Below, piece by piece: positions 54,383-63,853 of a DNA stretch of 64,000 nucleotides. Below the pieces are notes generated by a model. It did no database searches. It had not been told where the DNA came from and worked only from the letters and a program-made list of their open reading frames with translations. Source of the DNA: Ostreococcus lucimarinus (Eukaryota); the NCBI GenBank assembly GCA_000092065.1, contig CP000587.1. The stretch is one strand, 5' to 3'. How positions within the stretch are numbered: the stretch's first letter is position 1; the number at the start of each line of letters is the position of its first letter. Made by a program: the position numbers and the translations under genes.

Positions 54383-56647
54383 ATGGCGCTGGATGATCCG
54401 GTGCCCGTGCTGGTGACGCCGCGACGAGAGGCGCGGAACACGCCGGCGCGCGTGGCGTTGGGTTTCGACGTCAAGGACGTCGTCAAGGATGTCGCGGTGG
54501 GCGGATCGAGCGATGCGGGATCGCCGACGACGGTCGTGACGTCGCCGCTCGCGCGCGCGGGATCGGGGAGCGGGGAATTCGGTGAGAGTTTGTTGAACGC
54601 GGACGAGTTGGTCGCGCCGAAGCACGACATTAGAATCATGCTGAAGAATGGGTCGTCGAAACCGGTGGAAGTTTTGCGATCGCAAATGGTGACGTCGTTG
54701 ACGCTGAGCATGAAACCCGAGTGGTTCACGAAACATAGACATGTGTTCTCGCGCTCGAGTCGACTGTTGCTCGGCGAGTCGTCTTTACCGGCTGATATCA
54801 GTCGGGACGAATTGTACAACAAGCTCGACGATCCGAACGAGTACCGCGAAGTGGTGATGAAACTCGCCGATTTGCAGTATATTCGAGTCAAGGCGGTCGT
54901 GAACGTAAACGAGGCGGGAGACATCGACGAGCGCGAGTATTGGTTGCCTCTGAATAGATCGCAAACCGTCGGCGAGATAAAGCGCTTGGTCGCCACCGCG
55001 GACGACTTGGAATCGTCCAAGGAAAAGTTGCTAGACAACGTGGACTTATCGACGGGAATGAGCATGATTTTGCGTGGTAAAGAGTTGAATAATGATTCCA
55101 CGATCGAAAGCCAAGGTTTGGAGCACAACGCGTTGATACATTTGTTCGTCAAGCGCGACGCAAACGTCAACGTGTCGATGCGCGGAAACAGCGAGTTGGA
55201 GATTCGTCTCAACGTCAATAAGACTGCGGAGACGTTTCGCGATCAACTTCACATGGTCAAGCCTGGTTCAGTGGATAGCGCGCAGTACGCCCATCGTCGA
55301 AGTGGTAGCGTTTCCATCTACCCAGGACGCGGCTTGCGAAACGGTCCCTTGAGCTCGTACGGCGGACGCGAGGGTACATCGCTCGAGTTGCGTCCGCACG
55401 TGCCGCGAATATCGCCGCGACGAAGTTCGTACACGAATTCTATGGCGATTCCATCACCACATTCCGCGTCGTTTGGTGCCCACTCCTTCGGTGGCCGCAG
55501 TATGCCTATTGCTTCTTCTTGGGGAGCAAGAGCCGCGCTGAATTCTCATCGGCAGAGCGGTAGCGTGAACGCTGACTCCATATCGCCACCAAGCGCGCCG
55601 ATAACGCCTTTCGGTAGCCCTGGTACGCTTTCAGCGTCGTTTGACATGGCGCGAGAAGGTTTACTCATGGGTAACGCCCCTCAGCTTTCGCAAGGAGGCA
55701 ACGGTGGCGCATACTTTTTGAAGGGCATCGATGGCAAACCCGCCGCCGTGTTCAAACCGGCGGACGAAGAACCGTTCGCTCCGAACAATCCGAGAGGACA
55801 CCGAAGTAGCCATAATGGCGAGGGTATGCGCAAAGGGACGAAGGCGGGCGAAGGTGCCACGCGTGAAGTTGCGGCGTACTTGCTCGATCACGGTGGTTTC
55901 GCCGGCGTTCCCGCGACGTCTCTCGTCAACTTGACGGATGGGACCGAAGAGGATGATGGAAAGCTCGGCTCGCTTCAGGAATACGTCGAAAACACCGCTG
56001 AGGCAGAGGAGTATGGCCCAAGCATGTTTCCTACGGAAGAAGTGCACAAGATTACCGTTCTCGATATTCGCTTGGCGAACACCGACCGCAACGCTGGAAA
56101 CATTTTATGCCGTAGCGACGAGAATGGCAACATCGTGGCGTTGATTCCAATCGACCACGGGTACGCACTTCCGCACACACTCGAAGACGTCTGTTTCGAG
56201 TGGGAATTCTGGCCCCAAGCATCAATTCCATACAGCGACGACGTCAAGGAGTACGTCGCTATGCTCGACGCCGACGCCGACGTCGAGTACTTGCGAGAAA
56301 ACGACATCGAGCTTCAAGCCTCCTCAGAACGCGTTCTTCGCGTGTGTACTTTGGTTCTGAAAGAAGCTGTACGCCGCAACTTCACCGCAGCGAACATAGC
56401 CTCCATGCTCAGTCGAAAGATGTCCAACAGGAAGTCGGACATTGAAAAGATTGCCGCGCAAGCGGCGTCGACGGCCATCGCCGAGGGGCGTTCCGAACGT
56501 GGTCTTTTGGTGCATAAATCGCCAGAAAACGGTTCGTTTTGGAACGACTTGGCTGACGATGAAATCGCCGAAACGCGTTTCATCGCTCAATTCACCAATA
56601 TCCTCAACGATTTCCTCGACAATTACGAACCGGAAGCCGACGGATGA
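54383..56647 (+). CDS. Type II phosphatidylinositol 4-kinase (PI4K-gamma-like) with two N-terminal ubiquitin-like domains
   Basis: UBL-like segments (IRIMLKNGSSKPVEV...; MSMILRGKELNNDSTIESQGLEHNALIHLFV). PI4K-II kinase motifs GGAYFLKG, AVFKPADEEP, ILDIRLANTDRNAGNIL, IPIDHGYALP. The track start 54368 is a TTG; the first ATG is 54383. Confidence 0.75.
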   Translation: MALDDPVPVLVTPRREARNTPARVALGFDVKDVVKDVAVGGSSDAGSPTTVVTSPLARAGSGSGEFGESLLNADELVAPKHDIRIMLKNGSSKPVEVLRSQMVTSLTLSMKPEWFTKHRHVFSRSSRLLLGESSLPADISRDELYNKLDDPNEYREVVMKLADLQYIRVKAVVNVNEAGDIDEREYWLPLNRSQTVGEIKRLVATADDLESSKEKLLDNVDLSTGMSMILRGKELNNDSTIESQGLEHNALIHLFVKRDANVNVSMRGNSELEIRLNVNKTAETFRDQLHMVKPGSVDSAQYAHRRSGSVSIYPGRGLRNGPLSSYGGREGTSLELRPHVPRISPRRSSYTNSMAIPSPHSASFGAHSFGGRSMPIASSWGARAALNSHRQSGSVNADSISPPSAPITPFGSPGTLSASFDMAREGLLMGNAPQLSQGGNGGAYFLKGIDGKPAAVFKPADEEPFAPNNPRGHRSSHNGEGMRKGTKAGEGATREVAAYLLDHGGFAGVPATSLVNLTDGTEEDDGKLGSLQEYVENTAEAEEYGPSMFPTEEVHKITVLDIRLANTDRNAGNILCRSDENGNIVALIPIDHGYALPHTLEDVCFEWEFWPQASIPYSDDVKEYVAMLDADADVEYLRENDIELQASSERVLRVCTLVLKEAVRRNFTAANIASMLSRKMSNRKSDIEKIAAQAASTAIAEGRSERGLLVHKSPENGSFWNDLADDEIAETRFIAQFTNILNDFLDNYEPEADG

Positions 56648-56910
56648 TTCCGCGAGCCCGAGGCGCCGCCTCCTCGCGCAGCGTCCGTCGCGCGCCGACG
56701 TTCGTTGTACAAACAATCGAATCGCGCACAGCGTGCAGACATTAAAACATTTGTTCATCGTACTTGTAACACATACCCACCTATATTTTATCCAACGTCT
56801 CGCCTCCGGCTTTCGCGCGTTGCCGCGCGACGCGCTATCCAAATCCAGCCGCCTTTCGCGATCGACAAGATGTCTCCACATCGCGCCGTCGTCGGCCCGT
56901 GCCTCTCGCG

Positions 56911-58950
56911 ATGGCGCCCAAGTCGTTCGAAGACATGTTCGCGTGCTCGCCCGCGTCGCTGACCAAGCTCAGGGCGTCGCACGCACCGCACGCGTCGCCG
57001 GCGGCGTCGCACGCGCGTGACTACTCGCCCATCGCGTTCCCGTCGATGCGTCGAGACGACGAAGACGAACGCGCGCGCGCGGTCGCGGGCGCGTTCGATG
57101 ACATGTTCGCGTGTTCGCCGGCGTCGCTGAAGAAGATGCGAGGATCGGCAGTGGAGCGGGCGTCGGGAGGGGTCGGGACGCCGACGGGGACGCCGACGCG
57201 GCCGACGGCGAGTCGCGAGGATTTAGCGTCGGCGTTCGGCGATATGTTTTTAGCGTCTCCGGCATCGTTGAAGAAGATGCGCGCCACGAATACGGCGGTG
57301 ACGGGAACGAAGGCGCGCGAGCGTGGGGATGGATTCGGATCGCCCTTGCGTTACGACGGCGACGCGAACGCGGCGGAGCCGAAGAAGGAAGCGGTGAGTT
57401 TCAGTGAAATGTTCGCAAGTTCTCCCTCGGATTTGGCCAAGATGCGACGGTCGGACGTCGGTGGTGCCGCGCGCGGATCTAATGTGGAGGTTGCTAAGGT
57501 GGCAGTGGACGCGCGAGAGCGCACGAATGCGTTCGCAGGCATGTTTGCCAGTTCACCGGCGGATTTGGCCAAGATGCGCGGGAGGTCGCAGTCGTCGATT
57601 TCTTACGCCGAAGGGCGGCACGGCGCGAGCGATCGATTTCAGGTTATCGCGCCTGATTTTCAAGCCATGTTTTCTAGTTCGCCGAGCGATTTGAAAAACT
57701 TGAGAAGCGCGTCGTCGTCGTCGAGGAAGAGGCTCGGCGACGAAGCTGATAGATTTGAGGTGACGTACTTGCTCCTCGCCCCTTGCGAAGCGGCAGCTCG
57801 AGAGAAGGTTTTAGAAATTTGTTTGGAACAGACTGTGGAGTTACCAGCGTCGCTCGTGCCGGAAGGGACTTGGATTCGAGAGCATGTCGTCGGTCGATTG
57901 GAGTCTTTGACGAAGCCGAAGACCGGACCGCACGCCCGTCGTCCGGACGCGTGGAACGCGATTGTCAGCTACCACGCCGACACTGCGGGTGGGGAGTTAA
58001 CACAGCTTGTGAACGTCATCTTCGGCAACACGAGCATGAAGGAGAACGTGATGGTCGTCGATATCGAACTACCTCGCACCATGCTGCGCGAGTACCCTGG
58101 GCCACGATTCGGCGTTCACGGTCTTCGTCGTTTGCTCCGCGTACCCGAAGGGCCTCTGGTGATGACGGCACTCAAACCAATGGGATTGTCTAGCCAAGAA
58201 TTAGCAGAAATTGCGTACGGTTTCGCCAAGGGAGGGATCGACATCATCAAGGATGACCACGGACTCGCAGACCAGCCGTACAGCCCTTACGACGAGCGAG
58301 TTCGAATGTGCGCTGCCGCTGTAGCGCGCGCCAACGCAGAGACCGGTCGAAACGTTCTCTACGCCCCGTGTATCAACGCTCCCGCGCATTTAATCATTTC
58401 TCGAGCGCACGCTGCGAGACAGGCGGGCGCGGGCGCGGTGTTGATGATTCCCGGCATTACGGGTTTGGACGCCATGCGTGAGCTCGCTGCAGACCCGAGC
58501 TTCAACCTCCCCATCATCGCTCATCCCGCGTTGCTCGGGTGCATGCTAGGCGGAGGGAGCACAAATAGAATAGCGGGCTTTAGTCATGAAGTCCTTCTCG
58601 GGTTATTACCGCGGTTGGCCGGTGCGGACGCCACCGTCTTCCCGTCCTTTGGCGGGCGGTTTGGATTCAGCGTGGACGAATGCAAGGCCATCAACGTCGG
58701 GTGCACGCGGGTGATGGGAGATTTGCCCGCCATTTTACCCTCTCCGGGCGGTGGCATGACGCTCGAGCGCATCGCTCAGATGCGCGAGGTGTACGGCCCC
58801 GATTTATTACTTCTCATCGGCGGTTCTTTGTACTCGCACTCGGAAAATCTCGTCGACGGCGCTCGTCACTTCATGAAACTCGCCGGACGCAAAGAGCTCT
58901 ACGGTCCGCTCGAGTGCCCGCACGACGGTTACCGCGGACATACGATGTGA
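56911..58950 (+). CDS. RuBisCO large-subunit-like protein (form IV RLP) preceded by an approximately 285-aa N-terminal region with six copies of an F-x-DMFA(C/S)SP(A/S)(S/D)L(K/A)KMR motif
   Basis: RLP region: LKPMGLSSQELAEIAYGFAKGGIDIIKDDHGLADQPYSPYDERV (RuBisCO KDDE-type active-site region), LPIIAHPALLG, VFPSFGGRFGFS. Repeats: EDMFACSPASLTKLR, DDMFACSPASLKKMR, GDMFLASPASLKKMR, SEMFASSPSDLAKMR, AGMFASSPADLAKMR, QAMFSSSPSDLKNLR. The track start is a GTG at 56899; the first ATG is 56911. Confidence 0.8.
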   Translation: MAPKSFEDMFACSPASLTKLRASHAPHASPAASHARDYSPIAFPSMRRDDEDERARAVAGAFDDMFACSPASLKKMRGSAVERASGGVGTPTGTPTRPTASREDLASAFGDMFLASPASLKKMRATNTAVTGTKARERGDGFGSPLRYDGDANAAEPKKEAVSFSEMFASSPSDLAKMRRSDVGGAARGSNVEVAKVAVDARERTNAFAGMFASSPADLAKMRGRSQSSISYAEGRHGASDRFQVIAPDFQAMFSSSPSDLKNLRSASSSSRKRLGDEADRFEVTYLLLAPCEAAAREKVLEICLEQTVELPASLVPEGTWIREHVVGRLESLTKPKTGPHARRPDAWNAIVSYHADTAGGELTQLVNVIFGNTSMKENVMVVDIELPRTMLREYPGPRFGVHGLRRLLRVPEGPLVMTALKPMGLSSQELAEIAYGFAKGGIDIIKDDHGLADQPYSPYDERVRMCAAAVARANAETGRNVLYAPCINAPAHLIISRAHAARQAGAGAVLMIPGITGLDAMRELAADPSFNLPIIAHPALLGCMLGGGSTNRIAGFSHEVLLGLLPRLAGADATVFPSFGGRFGFSVDECKAINVGCTRVMGDLPAILPSPGGGMTLERIAQMREVYGPDLLLLIGGSLYSHSENLVDGARHFMKLAGRKELYGPLECPHDGYRGHTM

Positions 58951-58984
58951 AGTTAAAGTATCGTGTAATAACAAAGGTATAATA

Positions 58985-59536
58985 CTACCGCCACGCGTCT
59001 TCAGATACGATGCCGCGTTTCGCCGCCCACCCCACCGCCGGCGACACCAGCGTCGCCAGCATGTGCACCCCGAGCAAAGGCTGAAACAAAAACGGCCACA
59101 AAAATAACCACGTCCCCAAAAACGGTTCATCGTACGACAGCCCGTTCCCTTTGCTCAACCGCACCCCGACGCCGACGACGAGCCACGCCAGGATGAACAA
59201 GATGACGAAAAAGTCATACAACAAAAACGTATCGATCGCCTCCTTCACGCCGTCCATCGCCCCCGGCGCGGCTTTCGCGCTCGACGACGCTTCCTCCGCG
59301 CTCGTCTCGCGCGCCTTGGCCTCGGCGTAGCGCGCTATGTCGGCCTCGAGCTCGCTCGACACGTCGAAATCCCTGCGCTTGGTGATGTCATCGTCGTCGC
59401 CGTTCTCTCTCGCGCGCGGCGCGTTTCGCGCGCGTCGGCGCCCCGGCGCGGCGCCCCGGCGCGCGGTGCGTCGCGCGGGCGTCGCGCGGGCGCGCGCGGA
59501 CGCCGCGACGGCCGTCGAGGACGCGATTGAATTCAT
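58985..59536 (-). CDS. Small membrane protein with presequence (two C-terminal TM helices); family unknown
   Basis: ATG at 59534-59536 (MNSIASSTAVAASARARATPARR...). Lower-GC, codon-biased C-terminal part: FLLYDFFVILFILAWLVVGVGVRL...WLFLWPFLFQPLLGVHMLATLVSPAVGWAAKRG. Confidence 0.4.
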   Translation of the reverse strand: MNSIASSTAVAASARARATPARRTARRGAAPGRRRARNAPRARENGDDDDITKRRDFDVSSELEADIARYAEAKARETSAEEASSSAKAAPGAMDGVKEAIDTFLLYDFFVILFILAWLVVGVGVRLSKGNGLSYDEPFLGTWLFLWPFLFQPLLGVHMLATLVSPAVGWAAKRGIVSEDAWR

Positions 59537-59627
59537 CGTCGGGGCGTTATCGCGTCGCGAAGTGACGCGCGGCGCCGACACAACGCGACGCGTCGGCGCG
59601 GCGCCCGCGGCGCGCGAGGCGGCGGCG

Positions 59628-61007
59628 ATGGCGCGCGCGGTGACGACGGCGCGCGCGCGAGCGACGGCGCGCGCGCGCGCGGTGACGGTGCGACGAAAAG
59701 ATGTCGATTTCGCGACGGCGTCGACGTCGGGACGACGACGCGCGCGGCGCGCGGCGACGACGACGCGCGCGACGGCGACGACGCGCGGCGCGACGCGCGA
59801 TGGGATCGATGGTCGCGCGCGCGCGCGCGCGGCGTCGATCGAGAGACGGGGTGAACGCGCGGCGCGAACGCGCGCGGCGGACCCGACGTTCGCCGACGCG
59901 CTGGGGGTGACGGCGGCGACGTGGGAACAAGTCGAAGGCGGCCTGTTCGGCGCGTCGTTGTTCCCGTACCTTGGATTTCTGTATTTTTTGGCCAAGCCGG
60001 AGGCGAGGTGCCCGCGCGGGACGCTTTTCGGATTCAAATTCTTGCTCGCGTTTGTGTTCGGGACGATTCCGTTCGCGATTTACGCAAAGGTCGAGTACGA
60101 CGAGATATTGGCGAACGTCGACGTGCTGCACGGGGTGGCGGAGTCGCTCCTGACGATGACGAATGTTTTCATCGTGCTCGGGTTTCGGCAAGGCCTGCGC
60201 GACGCGAGCGAGGGGGGAGATGGAGACGGCAGGCGGCGGAGGAAGACGAGTTTGGGCGACATCGGCGCGGCGTTGTTTTGCACGCTCGCGACGTCGAGCG
60301 CTATTTTCGGCGCGACGGAGGCGTTTGCGGGAACGGAGATCGCTGAAACGGCAGCGATTTGGGATTCCACGTGGCCGCACGTCGAGCCTGCGAACGCGTT
60401 GAGCTTGCCCACGTGGGTGATTCACGTGTCGAGCTTGGTCGAGTGGTTGATCGCGATGGGATTGGCGTGGGAATACGCAGAGGTGACCAAGAGACCGGCG
60501 TGGAAGGGCTTGACACTCGGGATGATCCCGTGTCACGCCTCCGGCATCGCGGCGTGTACGTTTCACTTGTTCTACAACGCCCCGGCGCTAAACAGCGTCG
60601 TGGCGATGCAAGCGCTCTTGACCGTCGTCGGCAACACCACGTGCGCGCTCGCGTCGTATCGCATCGCCAAGGAGGGCGAACGAATGTTGGCGTCGCCGCC
60701 GACGACGACGGAGCCGGAGACGGACGTCAACGACGAAGTGGAAATCATCGAGATCTCCATCGGTAACGAGTCTTTGAAGGGTTGGGAAGATTTAAGCGCC
60801 GCGTGGGCCGCGGATTCCGACGCCGTGCTCTTGCTCAAGCTCGCCTTAGTCTCCGCCGTCGCCTCCGCAGGCGTCAAGTACGGCTCGCTCCTCGTCGATT
60901 TCCCGTTCGAACCAAACCTTTGGGTGGCGTATTCCATCATATTTGTCCCGACGCTGTTGAATTGCGCCAAGTGGAAGCAATTGAGCGACGAAGGCGCCGC
61001 CTTGTAA
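59628..61007 (+). CDS. Chloroplast-type membrane protein with DUF3593-like and Ycf49-like (DUF2499) regions, with transit peptide
   Basis: Ycf49-like segment ALSLPTWVIHVSSLVEWLIAMGLAWEY; upstream multi-TM region FPYLGFLYFLAKPEARCPRGTLFGFKFLLAFVFGTIPFAIYAKVEYDEILANVDVLHGVAESL. ATG at 59628 chosen within track ORF 59337-61007. Confidence 0.5.
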   Translation: MARAVTTARARATARARAVTVRRKDVDFATASTSGRRRARRAATTTRATATTRGATRDGIDGRARARAASIERRGERAARTRAADPTFADALGVTAATWEQVEGGLFGASLFPYLGFLYFLAKPEARCPRGTLFGFKFLLAFVFGTIPFAIYAKVEYDEILANVDVLHGVAESLLTMTNVFIVLGFRQGLRDASEGGDGDGRRRRKTSLGDIGAALFCTLATSSAIFGATEAFAGTEIAETAAIWDSTWPHVEPANALSLPTWVIHVSSLVEWLIAMGLAWEYAEVTKRPAWKGLTLGMIPCHASGIAACTFHLFYNAPALNSVVAMQALLTVVGNTTCALASYRIAKEGERMLASPPTTTEPETDVNDEVEIIEISIGNESLKGWEDLSAAWAADSDAVLLLKLALVSAVASAGVKYGSLLVDFPFEPNLWVAYSIIFVPTLLNCAKWKQLSDEGAAL

Positions 61008-61057
61008 CAACAACGAATTGCTGTAGAGCGCGCCGCTCTCACCGGCGCGCCGTGACA

Positions 61058-61573
61058 ATGACGGACCGACCGTCCACGAGCGGCGCGAACGACGAAGACG
61101 AAGACGACACCGCGCGCGCGCTTCGCCGAGCCCTGGGCGCGACGAAACACGCGCCAGAACTGCGCGAGTTTTTGCTTTCGCTCGGCATTCGCGACCCTCC
61201 GTCCGACTCAAAAACTTTCGCCCCGAGCTGCGAGTACGTCAATTTCAGGCCGCACGGGTTATCGCTGTGCTTCGAGGGCGGGAAGCTGGACTGCGTGCAC
61301 TGCTACGCGGGGTGCGATGGGTTCGGGACGTACGCGGGCGGTTTGCCGACGGGCGTGGCGCTGACGAGCGCGGCGGCGGACGTCGTGCGGAAACTCGGCG
61401 AGCCGACGAGCAAGGGAGGGCAAGGCAGGATGATTTGGTTGTCGTACGATCATCTAGGGGTGAAATTCGACGTCGCGGCGAGTGGGTGGGACGAGCCGGA
61501 CGCGCGGCTGACGTCGGTGGCGATTTGGGACGCGAGCGGTTACGGCGAAGACGACGTAGCCGCGAAAAAGTAG
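61058..61573 (+). CDS. Hypothetical soluble protein (about 171 aa), family unknown
   Basis: ATG verified at 61058 (MTDRPSTSGANDEDEDD...). Cys/His-containing core CEYVNFRPHGLSLCFEGGKLDCVHCYAGCDG. Codon-biased. Confidence 0.4.
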   Translation: MTDRPSTSGANDEDEDDTARALRRALGATKHAPELREFLLSLGIRDPPSDSKTFAPSCEYVNFRPHGLSLCFEGGKLDCVHCYAGCDGFGTYAGGLPTGVALTSAAADVVRKLGEPTSKGGQGRMIWLSYDHLGVKFDVAASGWDEPDARLTSVAIWDASGYGEDDVAAKK

Positions 61574-61651
61574 ATGTAATGCGTAGTTTAGTACCGTAGA
61601 TAGCACAGAGTTCGACTAGTTTGCTATTTTGACGACGAAACGAGTCGTCGA

Positions 61652-62542
61652 TCATTTCTTGCGCCGCTTGCGACCACCCTCCGCGCGCGTGCGCTGTGGC
61701 TTGTTGCCATCCTTGCTCGCCTCCGCCTTGGCGCGTTCACTTCGCTCGACGAGTTTTTGAGCGTGATTCTTGATGTAAATCGGATCTTTAGTCACTGGAA
61801 GTTCTTTCTTTGGAATGTGCACGGGCGTGCGAGCTTTCTTTGAAGACGACGAACTCGACGAACTCGAACTCGAACTCGACGAACTCGAACTCGAACTCGA
61901 ACTCGAACTCGAATCACTATCGTTTCCATCGTCAGATTCATTCAAGAAGAAGTCGTCCTGCTCGGCATCTATCGCAGCATCGCCTTGCGCCGCCATGTCC
62001 GCGCCGCCCTCGTTCTCGTCTCCGAGCGCCGCCGACGCCGCCAAGTTCGCCTTGACCAATTTCCGGAGCCTCGCGCGTTCCTTCGTCGCGTGTTCTGTAT
62101 CTCCCTCCTTCACCAACACGCTCACATACTTCTCCCCTCTTGGAAAGTTCATCACGTACTCTAAATCTTCCTTCACTTGCGCCAATTCGTCTAATTCATC
62201 CGCGCCCAACGCCCCGTCGTCGTCTCGCTTCTTCTCGAGTTGCTCCTTTCGCCGCGTCAACTTTACCCGCTCGAAAAACTTCACCTTGTGATACTTGGTC
62301 GACAGTTTCTTCTCCCGTTCGATTCGAGCGTTCTCTTTCCCAGCATCTCGCAGCTTTTCCAGCTCGCGCGCTTTTTCCTCGCGCAGTTTCGGCGGTATTC
62401 CTTCGCGCTTGAGGAGGCGCTCGATGCTTCGAATTTGATTCTTCACGCTCGGACGCTTGGCGGCGGCGTGTTTACCGCCCGTGCGCTTGACCCATTTGCG
62501 CTTGACGCCACCCTCGGGCGCTCTTTCGTTTTGCGGGCGCAT
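61652..62542 (-). CDS. Lys/Glu-rich coiled-coil nucleolar-type protein, possibly rRNA-processing EFG1-like; contains poly-Ser tract
   Basis: KNQIRSIERLLKREGIPPKLREEKARELEKLRDAG...KYHKVKFFERVKLTRRKEQLEKK pattern. A 24-residue poly-Ser is encoded by a (tcgaac)/(gaactc)n microsatellite at about 61850-61920. ATG verified at 62540-62542. Confidence 0.4.
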   Translation of the reverse strand: MRPQNERAPEGGVKRKWVKRTGGKHAAAKRPSVKNQIRSIERLLKREGIPPKLREEKARELEKLRDAGKENARIEREKKLSTKYHKVKFFERVKLTRRKEQLEKKRDDDGALGADELDELAQVKEDLEYVMNFPRGEKYVSVLVKEGDTEHATKERARLRKLVKANLAASAALGDENEGGADMAAQGDAAIDAEQDDFFLNESDDGNDSDSSSSSSSSSSSSSSSSSSSSSSSSKKARTPVHIPKKELPVTKDPIYIKNHAQKLVERSERAKAEASKDGNKPQRTRAEGGRKRRKK

Positions 62543-62752
62543 CGGCGACGGAACGGGGACCGAGCGCGCGAGACAGTGTCGGCGTGGCGTGTCGAAAAAA
62601 GTGGCGGCTGCGTTTGCTCGGGCGCAAAGAAGTGCATTTTAATTTTCGTTTACATTCGCGCCTTTCGGACGAGATAAGCTATACAATGAGCAGAGTTAAC
62701 AAGTAACAAGTAATGATCGCGCGCGCGCGCGCCGTCAAACGTGAAGCTCGCT

Positions 62753-63295
62753 CTACCCGAAGAGCGCGCGCCCGGTGAGCATTTGAGTCGACCGCGAAGA
62801 GCCTCTGCTCATGCGCGGCGAGGCGTTCATCTCCAAGTGCAACTTCATCGCCATCTGTTCGTCCGTCAACTCTTTCGGTTCCGCGTTAGAATCGTCGTCG
62901 TCATCTTCGTCAGATTTCAACGCCTGTGTCGTCGAGCGATCGCGTTTCGTCGACAGCTTCTTCTTCTTCTTCTCCGTCGTCGCCGTCGCCGTGTTGAGCG
63001 ACGAAGAGCTCATATTCCGCGGTCCCTTCTTACTCTTCGTCGACGCCGACGCGCCACCGTTTTCTCTATCGCTACTGCCTCCGTCCACATCGTATCGCTC
63101 CTCGCTCACGATCTCCAACGCCTTGCCCAACAACCGCGGGTCCCGCAGCGCCGTTCGCACGTACGCCTCCCCCGCGAGACGCGCCTTCTTACTCCCCAAA
63201 TCCGTCGGCGAGTGCGCCACGTCTCGCAGCACGCACGCCAAGCGTTTTCGCGGCGGCAGCGTGTGCACTTCCGCCGAAGCGTACAAGAAATCCAT
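62753..63295 (-). CDS. Hypothetical protein (about 180 aa), basic/Ser-rich; family unknown
   Basis: The first ATG is at 63293-63295 (MDFLYASAEVHTLPP...). The track start 63322 is a TTG. Confidence 0.3.
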   Translation of the reverse strand: MDFLYASAEVHTLPPRKRLACVLRDVAHSPTDLGSKKARLAGEAYVRTALRDPRLLGKALEIVSEERYDVDGGSSDRENGGASASTKSKKGPRNMSSSSLNTATATTEKKKKKLSTKRDRSTTQALKSDEDDDDDSNAEPKELTDEQMAMKLHLEMNASPRMSRGSSRSTQMLTGRALFG

Positions 63296-63669
63296 CGCGA
63301 TTCGGACGATTCGTCGGCGCAATTTCCGACGTCACCCGCGATTCAGCGCGCCGCCGTCGCGAACGAGTCGCGGCGTCGTCTCGGCGATTCTCGCGGCGTC
63401 GAGGGACGCAAAACGTGCGCGCCGCGTTCGAATCTCCCTCGGCGAGCGATCTCGCGTCGCGTCGAGCGTTTCGCGCGGCGACGGGGAATGCGGCGTCGGC
63501 GGCCCGATCGCCCGCCGGCGCCGCCAGCGCACGGCGGCGACCTGTAACAACGCGCTCGACGACGAACGCGAACGGACAGCTTCGAGTTTATGCGTTTATT
63601 ACATAGTCTTCGGAACTAGTAGCGTATGGGAAACCGTAAAAAGTTTCCGAAATCGCTTCATCTAGCCAC

Positions 63670-63740
63670 GCGCCAATGGTTTAGTGGTAGAATTCCTGTT
63701 TCCCAAACATGTGGCCCGGGTTCGATTCCCGGTTGGCGCA
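63670..63740 (+). tRNA. tRNA-Gly (anticodon CCC), 71 nt, no intron
   Basis: Acceptor GCGCCAA/TTGGCGC plus A. D-arm TGGTTTAGTGGTAGAAT. Anticodon loop TTCCCAA. T-arm CCCGG-GTTCGATT-CCGGG. T6 terminator at 63747-63752. One C-U mismatch in the anticodon stem. Upstream hairpin ggaaaccgtaaaaagtttcc at about 63629-63648. Confidence 0.75.
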
Positions 63741-63769
63741 CTGCAACTTTTTTAGAGCTACGCGGTGCA

Positions 63770-63853
63770 CTTTTCGTTCGCGTGCGATTCTGGGCTACGC
63801 TACGGCGCTTCTTTTGCGTTCGCGTGCGATTCTGGGTCACGCCACGGCGCTAG
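63770..63853 (+). repeat. 2x direct repeat of about 38 bp downstream of tRNA-Gly
   Basis: ttcgttcgcgtgcgattctgggctacgctacggcgct / tgcgttcgcgtgcgattctgggtcacgccacggcgct. Confidence 0.6.
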
